64,000 bases of DNA, from the NCBI GenBank assembly GCA_963800785.1, contig CAWDCH010000008.1, positions 167,182 through 231,181 of the forward strand, given 5' to 3'. This DNA comes from Vicinamibacteria bacterium. Lineage in GTDB: Bacteria > Acidobacteriota > Vicinamibacteria > Vicinamibacterales > JAENWD01. How positions within the stretch are numbered: the first letter of the stretch is position 1; the number at the start of each line of letters is the position of its first letter. The notes beneath the pieces are model-generated. The model did no database searches. It saw nothing but the letters and a program-made list of their open reading frames with translations, and was not told the origin of the DNA. Both the position numbers and the translations under genes were made by a program. This document shows, one piece after another, positions 10,311 to 19,170 of the stretch.

Positions 10311-11000
10311 CTACTCGACCGCCTGGCGCCCTTTAGGCAACAGTCCCCCGATGACCATTCCCGTGAAGAGCATGGCCGCACGTGGCCAGCTGAGTGGAGT
10401 GGTGATGGCTTGCACCCGTCCACTGCGAATGGCATTGCAGATGGCATCGGGCGTGCGCTCGTCGCAGTCGACGAGCGAGTAAGTCGTTCCCAGCTGCATC
10501 AGGAAGTGGAGGTCGGTGTTGCCGACGAGCGGCTTGCCGTTGCGTGTGGCCCACTCGATGGCCCGGCGATTGAAGTTGATCCCCCTCACGTGCACCGAGT
10601 TGATCTCGATCGCATCCGCGAGCGTTGGCAGGCGATCGAGCAAGCGGCCCACCGCGCTGCCGATCGGGTAAAAGGGGTGTGGCGCCACCACCAGCGCCCC
10701 CGTCTGCATCTTGAACGCCATCACGTCCTCGAAGGTACGAAGACGCTCCGCGTCTTTCGGACCGTTGATGATCAACAGGTGCTTGCGACCGATGTTGCGC
10801 TCGATGCCGGAGAGCACCGTGATCCCGCGCGCGGCCGCGTAGTCGGCCAGCGGGGCGGGATCGGTCCAGCGGTTGTGCAGCGTGATGGCAACGGCCCCGT
10901 ATCCGAACCGGGCCGCGCGATCGATCAGCTGAAAGGCGGTGTGAAAGATCCGATCGGAGGGATCGCCTTTGACATGTGCGTGCAGCTCTACCTTGATCAT
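10311..11000 (-). CDS. PHP-domain metal-dependent phosphoesterase
   Basis: ELHAH, AITLHN, HLL, APHPF, IEIN, NTDLH. Confidence 0.88.
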   Translation of the reverse strand: MIKVELHAHVKGDPSDRIFHTAFQLIDRAARFGYGAVAITLHNRWTDPAPLADYAAARGITVLSGIERNIGRKHLLIINGPKDAERLRTFEDVMAFKMQTGALVVAPHPFYPIGSAVGRLLDRLPTLADAIEINSVHVRGINFNRRAIEWATRNGKPLVGNTDLHFLMQLGTTYSLVDCDERTPDAICNAIRSGRVQAITTPLSWPRAAMLFTGMVIGGLLPKGRQAVE

Positions 11001-11011
11001 CAGGTTGATGG

Positions 11012-11566
11012 CTACTGGGTCTGCAGAGCAGGCAGCGCCGCGACCGCCGCCTCGAGCTGATCGCGCGTTTTGAGAATCGTCTTGCCGGATCCGGCCGGTC
11101 GGGGCGACTCGCTGCCCCAGACCGTCCCTGGCGGATATATCGCCCAGATGTCCCACGCCACGGGACGCCAGTGCTTCAGATCGTCACGCGCAGCGATCGC
11201 GGTGCCCACCACTCTACCCTCGTCCCAGTAGTGGGTCGCGCGTGGATCAACGATCTCGTTGCGCGGCCACTCCGATCGCGCGTCCGTCCGCACCATCGCC
11301 AACCAGATCACGTACACCTTCAGGTCACGGTCGCGGTATTTCGCCAACAAATCGTCCTGCACCCACCGGGCGCCAGCGAGGCATTGCGCTCAAGTCGGCG
11401 CGACGATGACCAGGAGACGCGCTCGATTGCGGTCGACGTTGAAGGCGTTGCGAAACTGATCGAGGGAGGTCAGATCGCGCAGCGCCGATTCTGGCAGCGG
11501 CGCCACCTGCCGGCACGCGCCAACGAGAAGGCAGGCAACCAGTGCGACGACGCGCCCAATCCGCAA
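11012..11566 (-). CDS. Putative selenocysteine-containing thioredoxin-like lipoprotein (UxxC; TGA at 11390-11392)
   Basis: ORFs 11390-11668 and 11012-11362 share a frame and read LLVIVAPT*AQCLAGARWVQ; lipobox-like LVGAC; SECIS-like hairpin downstream; TTG start inferred. Confidence 0.8.
11357..11376 (-). promoter_or_regulatory. Candidate bacterial SECIS element
   Basis: CUG(G)CGCCC-GGU-GGGUGCAG hairpin; apical loop starts 22 nt after the UGA. Confidence 0.6.
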
Positions 11567-11652
11567 TCTCGAAGCCCAATCCGCAATTCCCAATCGAATC
11601 CGCAATCCGCAACCAATCCGCAATCCGCAATCCGCAATCCGCAATCCGCAAT
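11556..11652. repeat. Heptamer tandem repeat (AATCCGC)n
   Basis: Many perfect and degenerate AATCCGC units between divergent genes. Confidence 0.9.
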
Positions 11653-11666
11653 TGTATAGTTTCTCC

Positions 11667-12782
11667 ATGCACTTCGAGACTCTCGCTGTTCACGCCGGAG
11701 CTTCCGTCGATCCCGTCACGCGCGCGTTGACCCCGCCGATTCACCTGTCCACGACCTTCGAGCGCGCCGAGGACGGATCGTTCCCCAGCGGATTCATCTA
11801 CACCCGCTCGGGCAACCCGACGAGGCAGTCGTTGGAACAGTGCCTGACGGCACTCGAAGGCGGCGCCGCGGCGGCGGCGTTCGCCTCGGGTTCGGCGGCA
11901 ACCGCTGCGATCTTCCAGGCGCTGCAGCCCGGCGATCACGTCGTCGCCTCCGAGGACGCCTACTACGGCACACCGGTGCTCCTGCGCGACCACTTCGCGC
12001 GCTGGGGACTCGGCGTCACGTTCGTCGACATGGGCGATTCGGCGGCCATCGAGCGCGCGGTCACGCCGACGACGCGTCTCCTCTGGATCGAGACGCCCTC
12101 GAATCCGCGGCTGCACGTGACGGACATTGCGGCCTGCGTCGGCATTGCCCGTCGGTGCGGCGCCAAGACGGTGGTCGATAACACCTGGGCCACACCCGCG
12201 CTGCAGCGCCCGTTCACGTTCGGCGTGGATCTGGTGATGCACTCGACGACGAAGTACCTGAGCGGGCACAGCGACGTGCTGGGAGGCGTCGTGATCGGGC
12301 GCGAGAATGACGGGTTCTTTGCGCGGGTGCGCGAGATTCAGGGTGCGGGCGGCGCGGTGCCATCGCCGTTCGATTGCTGGCTGGTGCTCCGGGGGATCCG
12401 GTCGCTGCCGTATCGCATGCGCGGCCATGTCGAGGGGGCGCGCCGGCTGGCGGCGTTTCTGGCCGAGCAGCCGGGAATCGAGCGTGTCTATTACCCGGGG
12501 CTGCCATCGGACCCGGGGTGGACGGTCGCCTCGAGGCAGATGAGCGACTTTGGCGGGATGCTGTCGATTGGCGTACGCGGCGGACGAGCTGAGGCGTTTG
12601 GCCTGGCGGCGCGGCTGAAGCTGGTCACTCGCGCGACGAGTCTTGGCGGGCCGGAGACGCTCATCGAGCACCGCGCGTCGATCGAGGGCGCGCTCTCGAA
12701 GGCGCCGGAGAATCTTCTGCGAATTTCCGTCGGCCTCGAGCACCCCGACGACATCATCGAGGATTTCCGGCAGGCGCTGTGA
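11667..12782 (+). CDS. Cystathionine gamma-synthase/lyase family PLP enzyme
   Basis: YTRSGNPTR, FASG, ETPSNP, VDNTW, HSTTKYLSGHSD, SLGGPETL, RISVGLE. Confidence 0.93.
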   Translation: MHFETLAVHAGASVDPVTRALTPPIHLSTTFERAEDGSFPSGFIYTRSGNPTRQSLEQCLTALEGGAAAAAFASGSAATAAIFQALQPGDHVVASEDAYYGTPVLLRDHFARWGLGVTFVDMGDSAAIERAVTPTTRLLWIETPSNPRLHVTDIAACVGIARRCGAKTVVDNTWATPALQRPFTFGVDLVMHSTTKYLSGHSDVLGGVVIGRENDGFFARVREIQGAGGAVPSPFDCWLVLRGIRSLPYRMRGHVEGARRLAAFLAEQPGIERVYYPGLPSDPGWTVASRQMSDFGGMLSIGVRGGRAEAFGLAARLKLVTRATSLGGPETLIEHRASIEGALSKAPENLLRISVGLEHPDDIIEDFRQAL

Positions 12783-12783
12783 A

Positions 12784-12830
12784 AGGGGGACTGTCCCCCT
12801 ACTTGCGCTGAGGGGGGACAGTCCCCCTAC
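12784..12830 (-). repeat. Two GTAG-type REP palindromes
   Basis: Minus strand GTAGGGGGACTGTCCCCCT then GTAGGGGGACAGTCCCCCT; the first overlaps the tricorn TAG stop. Confidence 0.75.
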
Positions 12831-15800
12831 TGTTGCTGCGCAGTGGGCGGGGGGAGGACCGGTACCCGGCGTTCGTACTCGGGCCGCTTCGGCGCGGGCG
12901 GCGACGACTTCAGCCGCTCCAGAACCTCGCTGATCGCCCGCTCGAGTTGCGGGTCGACCCCTTTCGCCAGCTGCGTGGGATCTTCCTCCACCGTGATATC
13001 CGGCTCGACGCCGTGCCCCTCGGCGAACCACTTGCCGTCAGGCGTGAACATGCGGAAGGTCGGCACGGTCACACCGCCGCCATCCACCAGCCCCGGCGCG
13101 CCGCTGATCCCGATGAGACCGCCCCAGGTGCGCGTGCCGACGAGCGGCCCGAGTTTCGCCTCGCGGAAATAGAACGGGAACGCGTCGCCGCCCGACCCGC
13201 TCCACCCGTTGATCAACATCACCATCGGTCCGCGCACGGCCACCGGTGGCCACTGGCGCGCCGCACCCGTGCGCACGGCCCAGTACGCCAGCATCGGCCG
13301 GTTCAGGAGCTCGATGAACCGATCCGGGATCTGCCCGCCGCTGTTGAAGCGCTCGTCGACAATCATCCCCTCGCGCGACCACTGCGCCATGAACTGACGG
13401 ACCAGCTCGTTTTGTGCGTTGAGGCCGGTGCTCTGCACGTAGAGATAGCCGACCCGCCCATTCGTCGCCGCGTCCACCCGAGCGCGTCGCGCCTCGATCC
13501 ACTCGCGGAACCGCAACTCCTCCTCGCTCGGCAGGCACTTCACCGTCACCTGCCGCGCGCCTTGCGCGCTGGGCGTGCCGTTCACCGTGAGGACGACGGT
13601 CTCGTTGGCCGCCCCCGCGAAGGCGGCCCAGGGATCCTGTTCCGCGTCGAGCGGCTCGCCGTTCACCGCCAGAATGTAGTCGCCGACTTTGAGTTTGGCG
13701 CCGGGCTCGGCCACCGGCGCCCGCGCGTCGGCATCCCACGGACCGCCGGCGGCGATCCGCTTTACGCGGTATGCGCCATTGGCCAGCTCCCAGTCGATCC
13801 CGAGCATACCGACGCCGCGCTCTGGCGCTTCCTCCTGATCGCCGCCACCGCGATAGGTGTGCGATGCGTTCAGCTCACCGATGAACTCGCCGAGTACGAA
13901 GTTCACGTCCCACCGTGTCACCGCGTCGTCCAGGAGCGCCGCGTAGCGATCGCGCGTCGCCTTCCAGTCGACGCCGTGCATGTTGGGGTCGTAGAAGTAG
14001 TCGCGTTCGAAGCGATACGCGTCGGCGAACATCTGACGCCACTCCGCTCGGGGATCGACGGTCATCTCCATCTCGTCGATCCGCAGCGGCTTCTCGAACT
14101 TGGCCTCCTTCTTGATCTCGACGATCGCGTACTTGTCGTCGCGCCTCACCATGGCCTTCTTGCCGTTGGCCGTCACGTCGACCGCATCGACATCGTCCAG
14201 TACCGTCTTCTCGTCGCGATCCTCGAGATCGAAGAAGATCAAAGACGCTTTGCCTTCGCCAGCGCCGGCCCGCGGCGTCCGGCGGTAGATGACCTTCCCT
14301 TTCGTCGCGAAGAGCTGCGCGTAGTTGCCGGGCTTTGGCGGCAGGACAACCGCTCGCGCCTCGAAACCCTCCAGATCGATCGCGACAGGAGCGGGCTTCG
14401 CTCCAGCGTCGTCCTTCTTCGCGTCGTCCTTCGCTCCGTCGTCCTTTTTCTCGTCCTTCGTCCCTCGTCCCTCGTCATTCTTGCCCTCGTCATTCTTGCC
14501 CTCGTCCTTCTTGCCCTCGTCCTTCAAGTTCTCAGCATCATTCCGGGGCGCAAGGGGAGAGGCCACATCGTGGCGCAATGGCACGGCGACGATCAGCGTG
14601 GCGTTGGGATACGACCAGGAGTTGTCGTAGTCGCTGTAGACCGGTTCGAAGTTCCGGTCCGAGAAGAAATAGAGGTACTTACCCTCGGGTTCGAAGACCG
14701 GCTGCGCGTCGTTGAAGTAGCCGGAGGTCAGCTGATGCTTCGTGCCGTTCTTCGTGTCGTAGACGAAAATCGCGTTGTTGCCCGACGTGAGTGGACGCGC
14801 CCAGGCGACCCAACGCGAATCGCCGGACCAGCGGAACAGGTAGCCCTCCAGCGTGCCGTGGTTCTGGAAGAGCGGGCTCTCATCGACCTCTGCGATTTTT
14901 CGCGTCGCGATGTCGAGCACTCGGATCTTCATCGCCTGATCGACGAACGCGACGTGCGAGCTATCCGGCGACCAGAACGCCGTGTAGCGGAAGCCAGGAC
15001 CGAGGGTCGTCAGCACTTGCTCCGCGCCGCTGCCATCGGCCGGTCGAATCGTCAGCTCGTATTCGCCCGAGCGGTCGGTCCAGTAAGCCAGTGTCTTCCC
15101 GTTTGGTGACCACGATGGATAGCGCTCGGCGAAACCTGACGTGCGCGTGACGTCGAAAACGGGGCCGAACTCCGCAGGGACCGTGAAGATGTCGCCGCGG
15201 GCCTGGAACAGAGCGCGCTTGCCGGTTGGCGACACCGATGCGCGCGCGATCAGCTTCGTCACCTTCTCGTTGCGCGGCTTCAGCGTCATCCGGTCGGTGA
15301 CGACCTGCACCTGCACCTCGCGCGTCTTCTCGCTCCCGAGGTCGAGCAGATACAAACGTCCGCCGGCCTGAAAGACGATGTCGTCGGTGCCCATGGCCGG
15401 GTAGGTGATGTCGTAGTCGGTGATGTGCGTCACCTGATGCAGCGCGTTCGTCTTCGTGTCGATCGCCCAGATGTTCTGGCGCTCGTCGCTGCCGCGGTCG
15501 GACAGGAAATACAGCGTATCGCCGTGCCACATCGGGAACTCGTCGTTCGCGACGTTCTTCGTGACGTTGGCCGCGGCGAACGACTGCAGGTTGAACCGCC
15601 AGATGTCGGGCGCCCATCCGCCGCGATAGCGCTTCCACGTCCGGTTCGACTGTGTCTGCGGCACGTACGCGACTTCGCGGCCGTCAGGCGAGAACGATGC
15701 GAACTCGCCGTACGGGACCGACAGCTTTTCGGGCATGCCGCCGCTGGATGCGACCAGATAGAACTGATTGAACCGCTGGCGACCCGATTCGCGGCTCGAG

Positions 15801-16183
15801 GCAAACAACACACGCGTGCCGTCGGGATGCCAGTCGAGCACGCGGTCGTCCATCGGGTGATGCGTCAACCGCACCGGATCGCCGCCAAGCGAGGCGACCA
15901 CGTAGACATCGAGGTTGCCGTCGTAGTTGGCGCTGAACGCGAGATGCGATCCGTCGGGTGAGAAACGCGGGAAGAGCTCCTCGCCAGGGGCGGACGTCAG
16001 CCGGGTCGCCAGCCCACCCGTCTTGGGGACGACCCAGATGTCGCCGGCGTAGACGAAGGCGATGTGCGTCGATGACACGTCGGGCTGTCGGAGCATCCGC
16101 GCGTCGATTTGCGCCGCGGCGAAGGCAGGAAGACAGAGCGGCGCAAGCGCTGCGAGAATGAGGCGAGCGGCAGGTCGGAACAT
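12827..16183 (-). CDS. Tricorn protease (S41 family) with beta-propellers and PDZ
   Basis: Signal peptide, WKRYRGG, GELNASHTY, DERFNSGG, SGSGGDAFP, GTRTWGG, EGHGVEPD. Confidence 0.95.
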   Translation of the reverse strand: MFRPAARLILAALAPLCLPAFAAAQIDARMLRQPDVSSTHIAFVYAGDIWVVPKTGGLATRLTSAPGEELFPRFSPDGSHLAFSANYDGNLDVYVVASLGGDPVRLTHHPMDDRVLDWHPDGTRVLFASSRESGRQRFNQFYLVASSGGMPEKLSVPYGEFASFSPDGREVAYVPQTQSNRTWKRYRGGWAPDIWRFNLQSFAAANVTKNVANDEFPMWHGDTLYFLSDRGSDERQNIWAIDTKTNALHQVTHITDYDITYPAMGTDDIVFQAGGRLYLLDLGSEKTREVQVQVVTDRMTLKPRNEKVTKLIARASVSPTGKRALFQARGDIFTVPAEFGPVFDVTRTSGFAERYPSWSPNGKTLAYWTDRSGEYELTIRPADGSGAEQVLTTLGPGFRYTAFWSPDSSHVAFVDQAMKIRVLDIATRKIAEVDESPLFQNHGTLEGYLFRWSGDSRWVAWARPLTSGNNAIFVYDTKNGTKHQLTSGYFNDAQPVFEPEGKYLYFFSDRNFEPVYSDYDNSWSYPNATLIVAVPLRHDVASPLAPRNDAENLKDEGKKDEGKNDEGKNDEGRGTKDEKKDDGAKDDAKKDDAGAKPAPVAIDLEGFEARAVVLPPKPGNYAQLFATKGKVIYRRTPRAGAGEGKASLIFFDLEDRDEKTVLDDVDAVDVTANGKKAMVRRDDKYAIVEIKKEAKFEKPLRIDEMEMTVDPRAEWRQMFADAYRFERDYFYDPNMHGVDWKATRDRYAALLDDAVTRWDVNFVLGEFIGELNASHTYRGGGDQEEAPERGVGMLGIDWELANGAYRVKRIAAGGPWDADARAPVAEPGAKLKVGDYILAVNGEPLDAEQDPWAAFAGAANETVVLTVNGTPSAQGARQVTVKCLPSEEELRFREWIEARRARVDAATNGRVGYLYVQSTGLNAQNELVRQFMAQWSREGMIVDERFNSGGQIPDRFIELLNRPMLAYWAVRTGAARQWPPVAVRGPMVMLINGWSGSGGDAFPFYFREAKLGPLVGTRTWGGLIGISGAPGLVDGGGVTVPTFRMFTPDGKWFAEGHGVEPDITVEEDPTQLAKGVDPQLERAISEVLERLKSSPPAPKRPEYERRVPVLPPPTAQQQ

Positions 16184-16243
16184 GCGGGGAAGTATGCCAC
16201 GCGGCGAGGAGCGGGGCTAACGCCCCGCCCCCACAACCGCGAC

Positions 16244-19027
16244 CTACTTCGTCCCCGCGGCCACCGGCTTGCCCTCCACGTCGAGCACCACGATCTCGCC
16301 CAGGTTCAAGGCTTTCAAGCCAGGCTCGATCTTCGCGCGATCCCCGACGAGCAGCATCGAGGCCGAGCCGGGCAGCACGTGCTTCTTCGCCGCTGCCAGC
16401 ACTTGCGCGAGCGTGACGGTGCCGGTTGCGTCGTATTCGCGCTGCAGCTCGGTCATGGGCAGGTTGAGCGCCCAGAGGTTCGAGATCTCGTTCGTAATTC
16501 GCCCGAGCGATTCGAACTGCTGCGCGTAGCCGCGAACACGGCGTGCCTTCGCCACGGCGAGCTCGTCCTCCGAGATTGGCGTCGCGCCAGCCAGCGCCTT
16601 CAGCTCGTTGTCGAATTCCGTCACCGACTCGGACGTCTTATCCGTCTGCACGCCACCGCCCGCCGTCCAGTTGCCGGCGGTTCGCATCGGATTGAAGTTC
16701 GAGAAGACGCCGTAGGAGTACCCGTGTCTTTCGCGCAGATTCAGGTTCAGGCGTGTGCCGAATCCGCCACCGCCCCAGACCGCGTCCACCAGCGACAGCA
16801 CGTCGTAGTCGGGCGAGTTCCGCGGTGGCGCCGGCAGGAAGTCGACGAGCACCGTCTGCGCGGAGTCGGGCCGATCGACGAGATAGATGCGCCCCGTCGC
16901 TGATGGCGCAGGGGCCGGCACGTTGATCGCCGGAGCGGCGCCGCCGCTCCAGCTGCCGAACGCCTTCGTCGCCAGCTCCGTCGCGCGCGCCAGCGTGACG
17001 TCCCCGGCGATGACGAGCGCGGTGGATCCCGGCTTCCAGCGGGCCTGATGAAACGCCACGAGATCGTCGCGCGTGATCTTCTCGGCGATGCTCTTCAGGC
17101 CCTGCACCGGCCGGCCGTACGGGTGATCGGCGCCGAACGCCAGCATCGGCTGAATGCGCGCGGCCAACGCGTTCCCGCTGCGCTCGGCCTGGGTCAGCGC
17201 GTCGATCAGGCGCTTGCGCTCCCGCGAGACTTCTTCTTCGGGGAACGTCGGGTTCTGCGCGATATCGGCCACGATCTCCAGGGCTGCCGGCAGGTTGCGC
17301 GACAGCACCTCGAAGTTGATCGCCGCCGTCTCGCGCCCGGCGCCGCCGCCGAGCGTCGTGCCGAGAGCGCCCAACGCGTCCTCGATCTCCAGCGCTTTCC
17401 GCGTCTTCGTTCCCAGATCGATCGTCGTCATCGTCAGGTTCGCGACGCCGGGCTTGCCCGTCGGATCGGCGATCAACCCTGCGCGCGTCACGAGCGTCAC
17501 CGTCGCCTTGGGCAGGTCGTGTCGCTCGACGACGAAGATCCCCATGCCGTTCGGAAGCTTGCCGCTCTGGACCGTCGGCGCGGTGAACGGCCGGTCGGCG
17601 CCGAGCGGCGGCGCCACCGAGCGATCGAGCGTTGTGGTGCCTGTCGGACGTGCGGACTTCTCGGGATGGAAACGGATCAGCACGCGATTCGGCGTATCGA
17701 TCCAGCGCGCGACTGCCTGCTGAATTGAGGCTGGCGTGAGCCCGCGGTATCGCTGGAGGTCCGCAGCCATGCGATCCGGCGCTCCGAGGAAGGTGTTGTA
17801 CCGGTTCAGCACGTCCGACTTGCCTTCGAAGCCACCGATGCGCTCCAGGCCCGAGATGAATTCGGACTCCTGCTTCGTCTTGGCCCGATCCACCTCTGCG
17901 GCCGTCGGTCCTTCCTTGGCCAGGCGCGCGATCTCCGCCGTAACCGTCCGCTCGATCTCCTGAAGGTCGACACCGGGCCGCGCCGTCGCCTGGACGACAA
18001 ACACGCTGGCAATCTCGCCGGTGATGTTGAATGACGCGATGGCGGTCGCGAGCTGCTTGTCATACACGAGCGTCTTGGTGAGGCGAGACGAAAGGCCATG
18101 GGCGAGGATACGGGCGGCGATGTCGATCGCCGCGTCATCAGCAGAGAAGTACTCGGGCGTGGGCCACCCCATGTAGACGCGCTCGAGGGAGATGCGGTCA
18201 CTGACTTCGATCACTTTCTCGGAGGTCAACGCCTGCACCCAGCGCGCTGGCCGATCCAGCGCCGGCCCCGGCGGAATGTCGCCGAAGTACTTCTCGACGA
18301 GCCGCTTCGCCTCGGCCGGATCGAAATCACCAGCGACCACCAGCGACAGGTTGCTCGGAGAGTAGTACTGCCGGAAGAACTCCTTCACGTCGTCGAGCGT
18401 TGCAGCAGAGAGGTCCTCCAGGCTGCCGATCACCGGCCACGAGTAGGGATGCCCGTTCGGGTACGCCGCGCCGTACATCAGCGGCAGCCAGCGTCCGTAG
18501 GGCTGATTCTCGTAGGACTGGCGGCGCTCGTTCTTCACGACCTTGCGCTGCTCGTCGAGCTTTTCCTGCGTCGTCGTGTCGAGGAGCGTCGCGAGTCGAT
18601 CGGCTTCGAGCCACAGCAGGTGCTCGAGATTCGCCGAGGGCGCGGTCACGAAATAGTTCGTGCGATCCTGGCTGGTGGTGCCGTTGACGCCGCCCTCGGC
18701 GAGGTTCGCCCCGGCTTTCTCTGCGTAGTCGAAGTACTCACCCTTGACGTTCTTCGACCCCTGGAACATCAGATGCTCGAACAGGTGGGCAAAGCCGGTG
18801 CGGCCCAGCCGCTCGTTTTTCGAGCCGACATGGAACCACTCGTTGACGTGCACGATCGGGAGTTTGCGATCGACGTGCAGGATCACTTGAAGCCCGTTCG
18901 GGAGCGTGAACGTCTCGAATTCCACCTTGGGCAGATCGGACGTGGCAGGCGCGGGTGCCTGCGCGGCGAGCACGCCCGAAACGAGTAGTACCGATGCGAA
19001 TGGAGCAAGCAGACGCAGTCGAGTCAT
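16244..19027 (-). CDS. M16 zinc protease (pitrilysin family, fused halves)
   Basis: Signal peptide, GFAHLFEHLMFQGS (HxxEH), RTNY, LRERHGYSYG. Confidence 0.94.
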   Translation of the reverse strand: MTRLRLLAPFASVLLVSGVLAAQAPAPATSDLPKVEFETFTLPNGLQVILHVDRKLPIVHVNEWFHVGSKNERLGRTGFAHLFEHLMFQGSKNVKGEYFDYAEKAGANLAEGGVNGTTSQDRTNYFVTAPSANLEHLLWLEADRLATLLDTTTQEKLDEQRKVVKNERRQSYENQPYGRWLPLMYGAAYPNGHPYSWPVIGSLEDLSAATLDDVKEFFRQYYSPSNLSLVVAGDFDPAEAKRLVEKYFGDIPPGPALDRPARWVQALTSEKVIEVSDRISLERVYMGWPTPEYFSADDAAIDIAARILAHGLSSRLTKTLVYDKQLATAIASFNITGEIASVFVVQATARPGVDLQEIERTVTAEIARLAKEGPTAAEVDRAKTKQESEFISGLERIGGFEGKSDVLNRYNTFLGAPDRMAADLQRYRGLTPASIQQAVARWIDTPNRVLIRFHPEKSARPTGTTTLDRSVAPPLGADRPFTAPTVQSGKLPNGMGIFVVERHDLPKATVTLVTRAGLIADPTGKPGVANLTMTTIDLGTKTRKALEIEDALGALGTTLGGGAGRETAAINFEVLSRNLPAALEIVADIAQNPTFPEEEVSRERKRLIDALTQAERSGNALAARIQPMLAFGADHPYGRPVQGLKSIAEKITRDDLVAFHQARWKPGSTALVIAGDVTLARATELATKAFGSWSGGAAPAINVPAPAPSATGRIYLVDRPDSAQTVLVDFLPAPPRNSPDYDVLSLVDAVWGGGGFGTRLNLNLRERHGYSYGVFSNFNPMRTAGNWTAGGGVQTDKTSESVTEFDNELKALAGATPISEDELAVAKARRVRGYAQQFESLGRITNEISNLWALNLPMTELQREYDATGTVTLAQVLAAAKKHVLPGSASMLLVGDRAKIEPGLKALNLGEIVVLDVEGKPVAAGTK

Positions 19028-19170
19028 GACTATCAAAGCCTCTCGGGCGGCGATTGTACGGAAAAGCGGCGCGTCTGCCCGGAATGTGGCCCGAAGTGGC
19101 AGGGACGAACTGTGGGGCGAACCGGGACCTCTCGTTTGGGGCACAATCGTTCGCGGGAGGATTGGCTCTA

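Noticed and set aside
11567..11668. N-terminal extension (CGLRIAD...) of ORF 11390-11668
   Set aside because: It is a translation of the AATCCGC repeat
12833..15109. Long antisense ORFs (also 1524-3359, 11325-13031, 51311-52888 and others)
   Set aside because: Shadow frames of real genes in high-GC DNA, with no motifs
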